Made by a program: the position numbers and the translations under genes. Below are positions 63,479 through 64,000 of a stretch of 64,000 bases of DNA, piece after piece. Below the pieces are notes generated by a model that ran no database searches, had not been told where the DNA came from, and worked only from the letters and a program-made list of their open reading frames with translations. The stretch is from an actinobacterium SCGC AAA278-O22. GTDB lineage: Bacteria; Actinomycetota; Actinomycetes; Nanopelagicales; Nanopelagicaceae. Each line of letters opens with the position of its first letter. Positions within the stretch are counted from its first letter, which is position 1. The DNA lies in NCBI GenBank assembly GCA_000372185.1, contig AQUA01000001.1:94055-158054 (forward strand). Reading direction: 5' to 3'.

Positions 63479-64000
63479 GTGTCGCAATCAGGTCAGGACT
63501 TCGGCGCAAATGATTGGCTCGTCGAGGAAATGTTTGAGCGCTATCAAGCAGATCCAACCTCTGTTCCCGCTGAATGGATTACCTACTTTCAAAATAATCC
63601 GCAATCTGGTGCAACTCAGAGTCAGTCACCCAAGGGTGGAACTCCTCCAATACCAAAAACTGTAACACCACCGAATATTTCAATGCCTGGCCGAACCGAA
63701 AATAATCCTCCAGTAGCAAGTACTCCTGTTCAGCAAGCGGCTCCGCAAGTAAATACCGTAGTTCCAGTAACCCAAGCTGCACCGGTACAGACACAACAAC
63801 CAGTTGTTCGTAGCGTCGCTGCAACACCGACAACACCTGCGCAACCTGTTGCCAAACCGATTCCAACGTTAGCTACACCAAGTGCTTCAACTCTTGAACC
63901 GATTCGCGGAGTATCTGCTCGCGTCGTTCAGAGCATGGAAGCATCTCTTACAGTTCCAACTGCAACATCAGTGCGCGCAATTCCTGCAAAGTTAATGATT
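63479..64000 (+). CDS. kgd: multifunctional 2-oxoglutarate decarboxylase/dehydrogenase Kgd (N-terminal part)
   Basis: Manual translation from GTG: SQSGQDFGANDWLVEEMFERY...SVPAEWITYF, Pro/Thr linker, MEASLTVPTATSVRAIPAKL. Confidence 0.92.
   Translation, partial: MSQSGQDFGANDWLVEEMFERYQADPTSVPAEWITYFQNNPQSGATQSQSPKGGTPPIPKTVTPPNISMPGRTENNPPVASTPVQQAAPQVNTVVPVTQAAPVQTQQPVVRSVAATPTTPAQPVAKPIPTLATPSASTLEPIRGVSARVVQSMEASLTVPTATSVRAIPAKLMI

Noticed and set aside
63579-63866. 95-aa minus-strand ORF
   Set aside because: Antisense to the Pro/Thr linker of kgd.

Overview
Gene-dense, mostly core-genome segment of a streamlined freshwater actinobacterium. Moderate GC, actinorhodopsin, tiny intergenic gaps, a Kgd-type 2-oxoglutarate enzyme, CysO/CysM/Mec and a SAM-IV riboswitch point to the acI lineage (Ca. 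Planktophila/Nanopelagicales-like); this taxonomy is inferred. The window holds the F1Fo ATP synthase operon, argS-lysA-hom-thrC-thrB-rho-rpmE-prfA-prmC-tsaC-glyA-wecA, a monosaccharide ABC transporter, tRNA-Leu(TAG), SAM-IV/metY, a DTE proton-pumping actinorhodopsin, clpS-mec-cysO-cysM-murI-rph-rdgB, split transhydrogenase pntA1A2B, argF, tmRNA/smpB/ftsEX/prfB and the start of kgd. No CRISPR array, integrase or transposase was seen. The most notable unexplained features are: pervasive leaderless genes with 22-35 bp bidirectional micro-promoters; an 18-bp palindrome in three copies that supplies two stop codons and also sits in-frame in a gene; a collapsed Dam-methylase remnant behind a RecA-ND/PafBC-type promoter; a TsaC lacking its catalytic motifs; a membrane-anchored histone-H1-like/FN3 protein; a TMEM175 K+ channel islet after the atp operon; and structured leaders before the rhodopsin and tmRNA. 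All calls come from reading the sequence by eye; no searches were run.
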